Positions 1 through 13,900 of a stretch of 64,000 nucleotides of DNA are shown here, piece by piece. The stretch is from Chiloscyllium plagiosum (Eukaryota): NCBI RefSeq assembly GCF_004010195.1, contig NC_057726.1, positions 61,669,835 through 61,733,834 on the forward strand, written 5' to 3'. The translations under genes were made by a program, and so were the position numbers. Below the pieces are notes generated by a model. That model saw only the letters and a list, made by a program, of their open reading frames with translations. It ran no database searches and was not told where the DNA came from. Position 1 is the first letter of the stretch. Each line of letters begins with the position of its first letter.

Positions 1-319
1 TTATATCTGGCATACGCTGGGTGCCAGCCAGAAATTTAGAATCTGGATAGTCTTCATCAGAACAGATGACCGGATCATGTTAACTCTGTGTTCTCCCCAC
101 AGATGCTGCCAGACCCGCTGGGGGGTTGACAGCAATTTCTGTTTTTGTTACAATTCACCAAGTTCTTTATTTTATTTAATTAACTAGAACTGCTGTAAAT
201 ATGCATTATTTTTACAAACCTGCATTGAAGATGATGCATACAATTACATCGAAATGCATATTGTCTGTTACAACTTCTTGAGGTCAAGGGAGATCTGTAT
301 GTAGATCTTGAGTACCAAT

Positions 320-964
320 GTTAAAAAATGACTCAACACCAGGTTATAGTCAACAGGTTTATTTGGAAGCATTAGCTTTCGAGACGCTACCTCATCATCA
401 GGTGGTTGTGGAACATAACCTTACAAAACAGAATTTATAGCAAAAGGCTCACAGTGTCATGGAGTTGTAATGATATATTAAACAACTTTAGTTAAAAATC
501 ACACAACAACAGGTTATAATTTTGAAGCAATTTTCGATTAAGTCTTTCATCTTTTAGAATGGGATATGGTGGTTTAGGTTCTTTAATAGGTAAATACCAG
601 AATTATGTTCTCAAGGTGGCATCTTCTTATCTGATAATAGGTGTCATCTCAGCTCAGACAATGCATTAAATGTGTGAAGGTAAAGTCTATACCAATGTTG
701 AGACTTTTCTATTTCTAACATGGGGCTTACAGAATCTTACATGGATTTATGCAGTTTTTGAGCAAAATAACATGTCATTTGGAAATACAAATTCACGCCA
801 TAAACTTATGCGTGCATGCAGAAGAGACAGCGTGGGTGTATGGATGTGAGTGCATGTGCAAAAGTGTGCGCATGTGTGCGTGTAAGCTTGGTCAAGATAG
901 TGCGTCCAAATAAACCTGTTGGACTATAACCTGGCGTTGTGTAATTTTTAACTTTGTCCACCCC
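320..964. mobile_element. Element with inverted ends of the same Penelope-derived family
   Basis: Inverted ends caacaccaggttatagt...aacaggtttatttgga and tccaaataaacctgttggactataacctgg; a degenerate hammerhead at 370-404 on the minus strand. Confidence 0.7.
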
Positions 965-2494
965 AAATCTTGAGTAGAAAAGTTATAAAGGATCTGCTAA
1001 TATTGGAAATGATGGAAAATTGAATTTGCTTTGCACATGCAGTGAAAAACCTGGATTGGTTCGATCTTGTGTAATGCAGCGACACATTACAGGTCACTGA
1101 TTGTAACTTTGACAAAACACAAGAAGTGATAGGTGGCGCCTTCCACACTCTTATTCCTCTTATTGCTGTTGCCCACCCCTCACCCTTGCAAAGCACCCAC
1201 CCTGCTCGCCAAATAAGCTTACCAGCTTTGAAGCAGCAATTTGAGGGGTGAAGGAATTTCAAAATCAGTTGTCCCATCACTATCAAAATGTCCTATAATA
1301 TTGAGCCTGAACGACTTTTCACAATCCAACACTTTATTAGTGCCGATATACTGCTAGATAAAAGTCAATATAGACATTGGTCATACTTATGTCTTGTTCA
1401 TAACGGAAATCCAACGGTCCTCTGGTCAAACAAATTCTTGAACACAACGAAAGATTTTTAACTAGCTCTTTTCAAATTCCTCTCAGCTTTGTGAGGGATT
1501 GAACGTAGGCACGTACGATTTTCCTAAAGTCTTTTGAACATTTTCTGTTCCCAAAACGTCTATTAGGCTCGAAATAAATTGATTTACAACTCTGGAACCA
1601 TGCACGTGTCTTTATATTATGCTCTGTTTGGCGCATGTTACAACATCACAATGAAAGCTGCTCAACTCTGGGTGACAGTCAGACGGACATCAGCCAGTGC
1701 TCCTGTTGATAGAATTGGATCTCTGGGATTGGACTCTCACTGGGCCAGTCTTTTAGCATCAAGAACTAAATTGTTCCTGTCTTTCAGTAGGTTCTTTCTA
1801 TCCTGTTCTGTCCAACTCACTCAGCCTACTGCAGTATAGTTTGATTAAATAAAAAAGCCTCGCAGCCCAAATGCTATTTTCTACTTTGATTTTGAATACA
1901 ATGACATTCTATCTTGTTTACATTGGTGTAGTAGCTCGGTCTCTGGAACATTTAAGTAATGTTTTCGCCTTCAATGTAGAGGCTAATTATATCCCTGTGC
2001 TTGTTAGGTTTGGCTGTTCTTTTATTGAAAACGGCAGGCAATAAACTCAAATAACTAAAGCAAATTTGATTTCGGGACAAGTTGTGGAGTTTTGGATGCA
2101 GTGGCCTTCCTCCTGCCTACCGATCCCATGACATAGAAAACTATATATGTTTATATATAGAAGACCATGTTTACTGAATGATGACTTTCATTTCAAATAG
2201 TATCAGGTCTCCCAATGGTATTTAAAGATATTTGTGAAACTCAGCAAACTAACTCCAAAGGCAATCTCAATTTCGAAATGCACACACAAGTGTATGTTTA
2301 CAAACCAGAACACTTGGTTTGAACTTAGTTTTCAACTTGTGACACGTTGAAAATGGTTTTGGAAACTTTGCCCTCGGTGTGGACAACTCCTGACATTACG
2401 TGGGTTTTTTTTAATGGATTGGCCAACAATTTTTCCATGTAGCATTTCCCAATAGACACAGATATTCCAGATATTTAGTTCTTAGCCTAACTGT

Positions 2495-5400
2495 TGTTAT
2501 GGACTCAGCTGGAACACTCAAAACATCCTTAAATATTCAGCCCCAGACCATAAATTTGCAACTTGTTTCGGTAAGTGTACAGTGAAAATTACTCACAGTA
2601 AGTTAGCTAGGTTGACGACTAAATTCTAAAACAGACACAACTTTCTTCACAAAAGTACACAATGGAACACAAAGAACAGAATAAAAAACCCCTACAGAAC
2701 TCAGCCTATCTAACTAGACTTAATTATGCTTTTCTGGATATTTACAACAGTCTCAATAAGCAAACTGTCTTTAAAACCAGTATAATTCTAACACATGCTT
2801 ACAGATTGAAGGTGAAGGACAGAAAAGAGAGAGAGAGTTTTCACACAGCTTCCTGTTGAACTTCCAACTAGTTCAAGGCTGAACTAAAACTGCTCAGCTC
2901 AGTTACCTAGAGAGCTGACACTCCCCTTTCTTTACACAGGTCACTTCTCATCTGTTTTCATAGAAGCAAAAGGCCTCTCAAAATCCTTTTCATCTCTGTA
3001 CCAAACCAGACTGATTGGACCCCGGCCCAGTTTATTGATACTTTGAAAATAAAAATCAAGGACACAGTCTCCTTGAGCCAAGGAGCAGCTTTTAGGGAAA
3101 AAAAGGGGATCAGCTTTGTGACACCTCTCCCGTTAAAATAAAAAGAACCATCAATCCCAAAGAATGGCTTCATTTTTAACTCTTCAAAACGCAGTTCATA
3201 GACTAAACACACATATACACAATATTAACGGTAAACATGCAAACATGCACAACCACATGCAAATTCAGGCTGCGATGCACCGACCACCGAATGCCTCCAT
3301 ATCTCATTCGAATCTGGCAACGCATCAGCAATAATGTTTTCGTGACATCCCACATGCACAATTGTCAAATTGAATGGCTGCAACACCAGGCTCCATCTAA
3401 ACAGTCTGGCAATTTTGTCCTTAAATCTTTCCACAAATGCCAATGGGTTGTGTTCAGTGTGTTCGATTATCACAGATGCTTTACTGGTAATATAAACACT
3501 GAAAATGCCAACACCAGGCTTAAAGTCTCTTTCTCCACCATTGAATATTTCTGTTGATGAACATTCAACTTTCTGGAAAAATACCCGATGGGTCTTTATA
3601 TCCCTTCGTCATCCTCTTGCAGTAGCAACACACCAGCACCCACATCCCTGGCATTGAAAGGTCTCGTGTAATCTGGTGTAGCTAATACTGGGGCAGTGGT
3701 TAGGCTGTCAAATGCCTTTTGACAGTCCACTGTCCAATTAAACTTCTTGCCTTTTTTTAACAATTCGGTGAGTGGAACAGCTACACTGCTAAAGTTCAGT
3801 GCAAACTTTCGGTAAAATCCACTCAACTCCAGGAACTGTAATACTGCTTTTTTTGTCGACGGTGTGGCAAATACCCCAATTACTTTCGTTTTTGCATCTC
3901 AAATTACCATTTGTCCATGTTCAACAACATGACCCAGGAAAGTGACTTGGGCGTTCACAAATTCACTTTTAGCTAGGTTCACCACCAATGCCTTCCGAAG
4001 TCATTTGAATAAGTCTGATACATGCTGCACATGTTCTTTCCATAAGTAACTAAAAATCACCAGGTCACCAATATACACCACACAGTTAGGTAATCCGGCA
4101 ATGACCTTATTAATCAGTCTCTGAAATATGGCTGGAGCGTTTTCATACTAAATGGCATGACTTTAAACTGATATAGTCCATTTGGTGTTACGAAAAGCGA
4201 AATTGCCTTTACTGTCTCTGACAGAGGTACTTGCCAGTAGCTTCTGAGCAAGTCCAACTTAGAAATGTAAGTTGCTTGTCCCGCTTTTTCTACACAGTTC
4301 TCCACCCGTGGAATTGAATATGCATAAGTCTTTGTAATGGCATTGGCTTTGCGATAGTCCACACACAACCATTGGGTACAATCTGGCTTTGGCACCATGA
4401 CTGTCGGCGAGGTTCAGTCACTGCAAATCACTTCGATTATGCCAACTTGGAACATGCAATCTATCTCCTTCTGAACCTGTGCCAACTTTATAGGATTATG
4501 CCCATAAGGATGTTGCTTAATCAGTACAACATCTCCTTTATCTACATCATGCACAATTAGGTTAGTACTTCCCAGTTTATTTCTGTATATATCTCTACGT
4601 GATAGTAATAACTTTTTCAGGTCATTTCGATTTTCTTGTGGAAGGTAACTTAATAATTTATCCCAATTTTTGAAAACTTCCTCATTGTTCAATATGGTTT
4701 GAGGAATGTCCAATTCAGAATCCTCTGAACTTGGTTCTTCCTTCTGTGATGTGATCATTAACACCTTCTCCTCTTGCTTTCCTTCCCTTCAAAACACCTT
4801 TGCCCACATGACACTCTGTGAGATTTCTTCCTGTCTGGAGTTCTTATCTCAATTTCTTCTCAATTTGATATGGTCCACTAAAGCTTACTTTTAAAGACTC
4901 ACCTAAAACTGGAAGCAACACTAATACCTTATGCCCAATTGCAAAATAGTGAATTTGTGATTTACTTTTCGATTCCTTTTTTTTGTATGCTGTGATACTT
5001 TTAAATGCAGTCTATCCAACTCTCCAGCTCGACTTAATGATTCTCTAAAATTTGACACATAGTCCAAATGGGTAGTCTCTGAATTCTGACTTATTAATTT
5101 CTCCTTAATCAATATTAAAAGTCCTCTTACTTCATGCCCCCAAATTAATTCAAATGGACTGAATTTGGTCGAAGAATTCAGTGCACCTCTGATCACAAAA
5201 AGTACAAATGGAACTCCCTTATCCCAATCATCTGGATAATCCTGACCATAAACCCTCAACATGGTCTTTAGTGTTTGATGCCATTTCTCTAGTGCTCCTG
5301 TGATTCCGGTTAGATTAGATTAGATTACATTACAGCGTGGAAACAGGCCCTTCAGCCCAACAAGTCCACACCGACCCGCCGAAGCGCAACCCACCCATGC

Positions 5401-7732
5401 CCCTACATTTACCCTTTACCTAACACTACGGGCAATTTAGCATGGCCAATTCACCTGACCTGCACATCTTTGGGCTGTGGGAGGAAACCGGAGCACCCGG
5501 AGGAAACCCACGCAGACACGGGGAGAACGTGCAAAATCCACACAGTCAGTCGCCTGAGGCGGGAATTGAACCCGGGTCTCAGGCGCTGTGAGGCAGCAGT
5601 GCTAACCACTGTGCCACTGTGCCGCCCTCAAATCTATTGGTATGCAATGGATTTGAACTGCTTTATTCCCAATTTGTCTATAGCCTCCTTGAATCGTTTG
5701 GATGTGAAATTTGATTCTTGATCTGACTGGATCTCTATTGGTAGTCTGTATCTAGTAAAAAAAAAATAAGTAATTCTTCTGAAAACCTTTTAGCTGTGAT
5801 GTTGCATAATGGGATTGCCTCTGGAAATTTAGTCGATACATCCTCTATTGTTAGTAAATGCTTATTCCCACTTTTTGTTCGAGATAGGGGCCTTCACAAT
5901 TAATAATGACTCTTGTGAAAGGTTCCTCAAATGCGGGAATAATTATTAAAGGTGCAGGTTTTATTACTGCCTGTAGTTTTCCAATTAGCTGACATGTATG
6001 ACACGTCTGGCAAAATTCAGCTACATCCAGGCTAGTAAAAATGTCTTTGTATTTTAGCCTGTGTTTTCCTCACCCTTAAATGACATCCAAGTGGAAGTTC
6101 ATGCGCCACTGGCAGAACCTCCTTTCTATACCCTACTGGAAAAACAATTTTATGAATCCATGACCATCTCGCATTGCTTGGATATGTATTGGTCTCCATT
6201 CCCTCAATAAGAACATCATTTGTTAAGTAATAACACACTGGGATGCATTCACTTTGTTTCTCAGAAAATGTCTTTCAATATAACTGTTTTAACTCCTCAT
6301 CTTTCTGCTGGAATTCAATAAGCTTAGCAGATGCTTGCACATTTACTTATTTGCTCATCCTCTGTTCCACTTATCGGATAAAAAAAAAGTTTTGGATAAT
6401 GCTATGTCAGTATCCTTGTCTGTGCCTGTCGCTTCAACTTGTGCCTCTGCAATCTTGTGATCAAACAATTCGGGAAAAAAAACTTGGATAAACCTTCTCC
6501 ATATCTTCAGTTGCCTGCATCTCTACTGGCTTTTCACCTAGAGTAGGCAGCATGCCTACCGGTGAATTAACCATATCATTTGCAAGGAGTAATTGTATTC
6601 CTGGAGCTGAGAGTTTGTCCAGCACACCTACCACAAATTCTCCACTCTTCTCTGGATTCTCTAGCCTCACTTTACATAATTGAGCACTTTTTCCCTCACT
6701 TCTGCTTCTAATCACAAGTCAACCTGTTTCATTTCAGCAGCCCTTTCCTGATCTCTTGCCTCTAACTCAAGCTGCTTCATTTGCAATTGAATTCCTGCCA
6801 TCTCTATGGATTGTGATGGTTTCTCTAGGAAATTTAAATGCTGAGCTACTGCTGTAATTATCTCTCCTTTCCTCACAGAAGCAGGCAGTTTCATTTCCAG
6901 CATCTCTGCTAAGTCCTGCAGCTGGTCTCATTTACTTTTTGCAAAACTTCTACAGTCACCGCATCCACTTCCAGAAAACTTTTGACGACTGAAAGAGCCA
7001 TTACTTTGACTGAAAGAGACTTTAGCTTTGTCTACCCAATCAAACCAACACCAGAAATGTCGACAATAGCACCTCCCACTCACTGTTTAAAGTCCTGTAA
7101 AGAACCCACCATCTGTTATGACTAGGTCAGACCATAAGCAGGCAGCCCCAGACCATAAATTTGCAATTTGTTCTGGTACGTCTACAGTCAAATTGCCTGG
7201 AGTAAGTTAGCTAGGTTGACTACTAGATTTTAAAATAGAGAAAACGTTATTCACAAACTTACACAATGAAACACAAAGAACAGAGTAAAGGACTCCTACA
7301 GAACTCAACCTATCCAACTAGACTAAATTTTGCTGTTCCAAATATATGCAATAGTCCCTTAAAAACCAGTATAAATCGAACACGTGCTTACAGGTTGAGG
7401 TCGAAGGACAGAAAAGGGAGCAAGAGTTTCCACACAGCTCCCTGTAGAGTTTCCAACTAGTTCAAGACTGAACTAAAACTGCTCAGCTCAGCTAGAGTGC
7501 TGACCAACCCCCCTTTCTTTATACAGGTCACTTCTACAACGTGACCACTTTGGCCTGAAGTCTCATCTGTTTACATGGAAGCAAAAGGCCTCTCAAAATC
7601 CTTTTAAACTCTGCACAGAACCAAACTGATCAGAGCCCGGCCCAGTTTATTGCCCCTCTGAAAAATATCAAAGTCAGAGTCTCCTTGAGCCAAGGAACAA
7701 CTTTTGGGGAAAAATGAACTAGCTTCGTGACA
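2495..7732 (-). mobile_element. Degenerate Ty3/gypsy LTR retrotransposon, Gmr1-like domain order
   Basis: TG..CA LTRs at 2495-3123 and 7114-7732, a PPT (GGGAGAGG) next to 3124 and a TGG-starting PBS-like site next to 7113. Fragments: gag (6712-7000), integrase (4921-6238), RT (LCVDYRK, YIGD, about 3850-4500) and RNase H (3225-3826). Flanks are CTGT and TTGT. Confidence 0.9.
5310..5627 (-). mobile_element. Young tRNA-derived SINE (HE1-type) nested in the gypsy integrase
   Basis: A box GTGGCACAGTGG, B box GGTTCAATTCC, CR1-like 3' end and (TCTAA)n tail. Confidence 0.88.
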
Positions 7733-7851
7733 TTGTAATGCATGTTAATAGCAATTGGAGCATGTTTTCCAATGCATAACGAAATACAATGCACCAGCAT
7801 CCATTAGTATCTTCCATCTTCCCAATATATCTAGAGTCTCAGCTGCTCCGA

Positions 7852-7970
7852 TTACTTCATCACGTTTATTTCTGCATATTGTTCTGTTGTTTGGGTTTTG
7901 ATGCTCTCTTGGAATCAGTTATTTGCAGAGCAACATTAGTCAGATTTTTATCTCCTCTTCCTTCATTGGT
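7852..7970 (-). pseudogene. Gene B terminal cytoplasmic exon with decayed ITIM/ITSM-like motifs
   Basis: Acceptor ttttactttcacag|. Frame 0 reads TNEGRGDKNLTNVALQITDSKRASKPKQQNNMQK*, where LTNVAL corresponds to LxYxxL with Y>N. A shifted frame reads YAEINVMK*. The flanking intron aligns with 33260-33380. Confidence 0.75.
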
Positions 7971-8676
7971 CTGTGAAAGTAAAATTTAATATCGCCCGGT
8001 AGTCCATTGACGACTCATCCACAGAGACAGTCGAGGTTTTAGTAAAAAGGCTTCAGTGGAATTTCGTATCATCAGTTATCAACTTCAGATTGTAACGGGG
8101 TTTAGTATTACTTTCTATCTGCCATATCTCTTCATGCTACCGCCCTACCATAAATATTCTTGATATTCTGGTTTCAACGTCTTGCAAAATGAGTTAGGAT
8201 TTAAGGGAACCGGTTAGTACTTCAACTAAAGTTGCAAAGACATAAAGTGCTGGTGTGCTAAAAGTATTTGCAATGCTGACATTGCAATACCTCCCTTTCA
8301 AGGTCCAGTTTCTGAGCTGTGACAGCCAATAAAATCTATTCATCCAATGGAGAGGCCTCAAGTCACACTTTGCAACTGCCTTTACTACACCGCTTCTGAT
8401 TTTCCAAACCCTGGGACGCAAGGTGAATATGGCGAACTTTGGCTGAAATGTTCGGACCCAGTACAGCGAGGATGTTAAACCTGGACCTTTCAGTTCTCTA
8501 CAGTTTAGTGTAGGACCAAGTGACATTAAGTTATTACAGTAAGTGATAAATCTGTACGTGATCATAGACAGTACCCTCTTTTGCCTGCCCGGGTTTCTTA
8601 TTTTTGCTGGTGCTGGATTCGGCAGGGCAGGCATAAAACAGATTGATCTCAGATTGGCTATAAAATCGATACTTAC

Positions 8677-8730
8677 CACTTTCACCAGGTGAATTTCTTT
8701 TGTTATTGTTCAGGACCATTATTATTGCTG
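8677..8730 (-). pseudogene. Candidate short cytoplasmic exon of gene B
   Basis: Acceptor tttccttttctgaattag| and consensus donor GTG|GTAAGT, about 700 bp from the terminal exon. The 54-bp length does not give a clean phase 1 to 0 join. Confidence 0.45.
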
Positions 8731-9149
8731 CTAATTCAGAAAAGGAAACATGGATAATTTTGATTGTATTCCAGTCTAAAACTGATGTTAAAAGTCTATG
8801 CTTGTTTGATATTTGCCTTGATTTCTATTTCCGACGAAATCGGCAGGAAAGATGACAATTCCCAAACGCTGCCTTTATTTTGACTATTTTTGCAATGGCA
8901 TAAGGATGCCTGTGACAATTTCATGTTTTGCTGCCCATTGCTAATTAGCTTGAACTGATTGTCTTTCCAGGCCATTTCAAAGACTCGTTAAATATCAACC
9001 CTATGACTGAGTGTTATGTCGGCTAGGGCAAGTAAGAAACGTCAACTTCTGCAGCTCCTAATGCTGCGTGGCTTGCTGTGTTCTTCCAGCCTGCTGCCTA
9101 TCTGTTAAGTAAAAAAACAACCGCAGATTTCCTTCCCGAAATGACATTA

Positions 9150-10530
9150 CCAACATGCAAGCAAGGAATAAGAGTAAGCCACTCGACCTTTCAAGCCTGC
9201 GCCGTCATTCGATGAGGTCATGGCTGATCTGGCCGTTTAGTCACCTCTACATTCCTGCATAAATCCGATCATCTTTCATCCACTTGGTAGTTGAAAATTG
9301 ACTACCCCTGCCTTAAAAATATTTAATGCTTGTGCATCTCCTGCCTTTTTAAGAAGCGAATTCCAAAGACTCATAATCCTATGACAGAAACAAAAATACT
9401 CACCTCTGTTTTAAATAGGTGATCACTTATTTTCAAACTATGACCTCTAGTTTTAGATTATAGCACAAAGAGAAAGAATCTTTCAGCATCCATCTGGTCA
9501 AATCTGTTAGGATCTTACATGTTTCAACTGAGTCACCCCGACTCTTGTAAAGTCTAGAGGATACCTATCCTATAGACTATCAAGATGAAGAGAGAAACGA
9601 AAAATGAGGTGAAGCAAAAGAATAATGGGGAACCAGAAAATCGTGGAGGAGTTGAATGAATATTTTGCATCAGTCTTCACTGTAGAAGATACTAATAGCA
9701 TTCCAAATTACAAAATATTCAAGGGGAAAAGGAGGAGATGAAAGAAATATAATAAATATCACTGGAGAAAAAGTGTCAGGGAAACTAATGGGACTGAAGC
9801 CAAATAGATGGAAAGATAAAGGAGAAGTAGTGCATGTAGTATATTTGGAATTTCAGAAAGTATTTTCTAAGATACCACACACTAGATTACTTCATCAGAT
9901 AAAACCCATGGTGCTGGGATAGTACCTGAACATGGATAGAGGTTTGTCTAAGTCATAGAAGACTGAGAGTTGGGATGGAGGGAGGGCATTTTCAGAACAG
10001 AAATCTGGAACTCGTGGAATACCACAGTGATTAGTACTAGGGCCACAACCTTTCCAAATATATATATACATAATTAAAGACTTGGATGCAGAAAATAAAT
10101 GCACAATGGCCAGATTTGTGAATTATATTTAGGTTGGTGGGATACTGAGTGGTGTGAATGACACAAAAAGTTTGCAGAGGGATATAGCCAGGTTGTGTGA
10201 ATGCACCAAAATTTGGCAGATGGAGAATAATGTCGGAGAATGTGATGTGATGGATTTTGGCAGGAAGAATAGATGAGTTGAATATTATTTAAGCACAGAA
10301 AGACTGCAGAAAGCTGAGGAGTGGAGGGACTTGGGAGTCTTCATGCATGAATCATAAAAGGTTAGCACAGAATTTAAGTAGATAACAGAGAAGGCATATG
10401 GTTTCTTGGCCTTTATTTCAAAGAGAGTGGAATGTAAACGTCCGGCTGTTTGGCCAATACTATACCGGCACTAGTTGGACCACAGTTGAAATATTGTGAC
10501 CACGTTTCTTACCCCTATTTCAAATAAGAT
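9150..10530. mobile_element. Old CR1 fragments (minus-strand 3' end at about 9150-9570; plus-strand RT at about 9575-10530)
   Basis: Recognisable degenerate CR1 RT and 3' UTR sequence. Confidence 0.7.
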
Positions 10531-10714
10531 AAAAGAGACGGTTATTTGCTGTTAACGAGGGCAATATTTGGAATGGTTGCCAGGTTGGAACAAATGGTTG
10601 TCACAGACAAAACTATTAAACGCCAGACTAATACATGAGATATCACATGACTAATGCGGCGTATTGTATGTGGTTGTATTTCCCTGTGAGGTTGTGTTAG
10701 TCTGACGTCCCCTC

Positions 10715-10890
10715 TGGGGACGTCCCACAATCCAAAAATGTGCAGATTAGGTGAATTGGAAATGCTAAATTGGCCTTAGTGTTAGGTGAAGGGGTAAATG
10801 TAGGGGAATGGGTCTGGGTGGATTGTGCTTTGGCGGGTCGGTGTGGACTTGTTGGACCGAAGGGCCTGTTTCCACACTGTAAGCAATCTA
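10715..10890 (+). mobile_element. 5'-truncated SINE
   Basis: Matches the 3' half of the 5310-5627 SINE and is absent from the paralogous site near 53880. Confidence 0.75.
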
Positions 10891-10924
10891 AGGCTCCCTG
10901 CTGAAACGTTTCCATCTGAATATG

Positions 10925-13900
10925 AATGTAGAACATAGAACAGTATATCACAGTGCAGGCTTTTGATGTTGTGCTGGTCTTTTATCCTCCTCTAAGATTA
11001 GACTAGCCTACATACCCTTCATTCCACTATCTCCTGTGTGCCTAGCCAAGAGTCACTTAAATGTCCCTAATGTATCTGACTCAACTACGACTGCGGGCAG
11101 TGCTTTCCATGCACTCTCTGACATCTCCCCAAACCTTCCTTCAATTACCTTTAAATTATGCCATCCGGAAACAAGTATCTGGCTATCCACTCTAACTACG
11201 CCTCTCAACATCTTGTACACCTCTATCAAGTCTCCTCTCATTCTTTTTCACTCCAATGAGAAAAGCTTGAGCTCCCTCATAAGACACGCCATCCAATCCA
11301 AGCAGCATCTTGATAAATCTCCTATGCACCCACTCTAAAACGTCGACATCTTTCCTATAATGAGCGACCAGAACTGAACACAAAATTCCAAGTATGGTCT
11401 AACCAGGGTTCTATAGAGCTACTCTTAAACTCAATCACCAGCTCATCAAAGCCAACACACCATACACTCTTCTTAACAACCTTATCAATTTGGGTGGGAA
11501 CTTGGAGGGATCTATGGACATGGATTTCAAGATCCCTCTCTTCCTCCACACTGTCAAAAATACTTTAACCCTGTCTTCTGCATTCAGATTCGACTTCCCC
11601 AAGTGAATGACTTCCCACTTTTCCAGGTAGAAGTCCATCAACCACTTATCAGCCCAGTCTGCATCCTGTCAATATCCCATTGCAGCCTCCAACAGCCCTC
11701 CATACTATCCACAACTCCAGCAACCTTTGTGTCATCGGCCAATTTACAAACCAACTCTTCCACTTTCTTGTCCACATCATTTATAAACATCACGAAGACC
11801 AGATATCCTAGAACTAATCGCTGAAGAACACCACTTATCACTGAGCTCCATGCTGAATACTTTCCATCTACTACCAGTCTCTGTATTCTATAGGCCAGCC
11901 AATTCTGCATCCAGACAGCCAAATTTCCCCGTTTGGCATGCCTCCTTACTTTCCGAATGAATCTACCATGGAAAACCTTACCAAATACCTTGCTAAAATC
12001 CATGTAAACCACATCCATTGCTCTTCTTTCATCAACGTGTTTTGTCACATCCTCAAAGAATTCAGTAAAGTTTGTGAGGCATGATATGTCCCTTCACAAA
12101 GCCATGCTGACTATCTCTAATCAAACTGTGCTTTTCCAAGTATTCATAAATGTCATCTCTCAGAATCCTCTCCAATACTCTGCCCACCACTGATATGACT
12201 GACTGGTCGGTATTTCTCAGGAATGTCCTATTTCCTTTATTGAACAAAGGAATAACATTTGCCACCGTCCAATGATTTGGCAGTACTCCAGTGGAGACTG
12301 AGGACGCAAAGATCCTCACCAAATGTGCAGCAATCTCTTCCCTGTAGTAACCTAGGGTATATCCCATCTGCCCCTGGTGATTTATCTATCCTTATGTTTT
12401 TTAAAATATTCAGCATGGCCTCCTTCCTAACACAAATCTATTCTAGCATACCAGTCTGTTTCACACCGTCCTCAGAAACGTCAAGGTTCCTCTTAGTAGT
12501 GAACACTGAAACAAAGTATTCATTAAGGACCTCCCCTACTTCCTCTGACTCCATATACAAGTTCCCTCCACTATCTTGATCGGCTTACACTCACTCTGGC
12601 CATCTTCTTGTCCCTCACATAAGTGTGGAACGCCTTAGGATTTTCATTACTCTTATCCAATAATGCTTTTTCAAGCCCTTTCCAGCCCTCGTAAGTCCAT
12701 TCTTCAATTCCTTTCTGGCTACGTTGTAATCCTCTAAAGCCCTGTCCGATCATTGCCTCCTCAACCGTAAGCAAGCTTCCTTCTTCTTCTTGACCAGATG
12801 TTCCACATCCCTTGTCACCCAGGGTTCTTTAATCCTACCATCCCCCTTGTCTCAGTGAGATAAACCTGTCCAGCACTATCAGCAGTTTTTTCATGACCAA
12901 CCTCCAGATTCCTGTTGTGCATTTCCCTGAGAGCATCTTTTCCCAGTTGAGGCCTCTTGGTTCCTGCCTAATTGCATTGTAATCCCGCTTCCATCAATTA
13001 AATACTTTCCCATACCGTCTACTCCTTGCCCTCTCCATGAGTACAGTAAAGATCAGGGAGTTGTGATTACTATCACGGAAATGTTCTCGCGCCCAGAGAG
13101 CTCACACCTGGCATGGTTCAGTTCCAAGCACTAAATCAAAAATGGCTTCCACTCTTGTTGACCGATCTACATATTGCATCAGAAAACCTGCCTGTATGCA
13201 TCTGACAAAAACTGCTCCATCCAAAGTATTTGAACAAAGTAGGTTCCAGACAATATTAGGGAAGTTAAAGCCACTCATGAAAACAACCCTTCTACTTCTG
13301 CACTTTTCCAAAATCTGCCTCCCAATCTGTTCCTCCATTTCTCTGTTGCTATTAGGGGCCTGTAGAAATCTCCCAATACATTGACTGCTCCTTTCCTGTT
13401 TCTGACTGCCACCCATAATGACTCTGTATACTAACTCTCCTCGATGATGTCACTTTCTGCAGCTGTGATTATATCCCCCACCTCTTTTGTCTCCCCCAAT
13501 TTCTTTTGAAATATCTAAGCCTTGGAACATCCAACAACTATTTCTGCTCCAGTTTCATCCAAGTTTTCATAATGGCCACAACATCATATTTCCAAGTACT
13601 AATCCATGCTCAGCGTTCATCACCTTTATTCCTGATATTTGTTACATTAAAATAGACTGACTGCACCTTTGCACTATCAAGTGCCTGTCCGTCCTCAAAG
13701 ACTCCCTGCAGGCTGTATCTGACTCTTTCCTACTTACCCCATCATTGATCTGTAGCTCCGGTTACCAAACCCCTGCCAATCTAGTTTAAACCCTCATGAA
13801 GAGCTCTAGCAAGACTCCCTCCCAGATATTGGTGCTCCTCTAGTTCAGATGCAACCAGTCCTTCTTGTACAGGTCCCACCTTTCCCAAAAGGTATCCCAA

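Noticed and set aside
1223-1292. Minus-strand block ending in G|GTAAGC
   Set aside because: Weak acceptor, not a convincing leader, and no partner exon in the window.
5560-5627. tRNA-like A and B boxes
   Set aside because: This is the SINE head, not a tRNA gene.
8194-8685. 163-aa minus-strand ORF
   Set aside because: No recognisable domain, a non-ATG start, and it lies in the presumed last intron of gene B.
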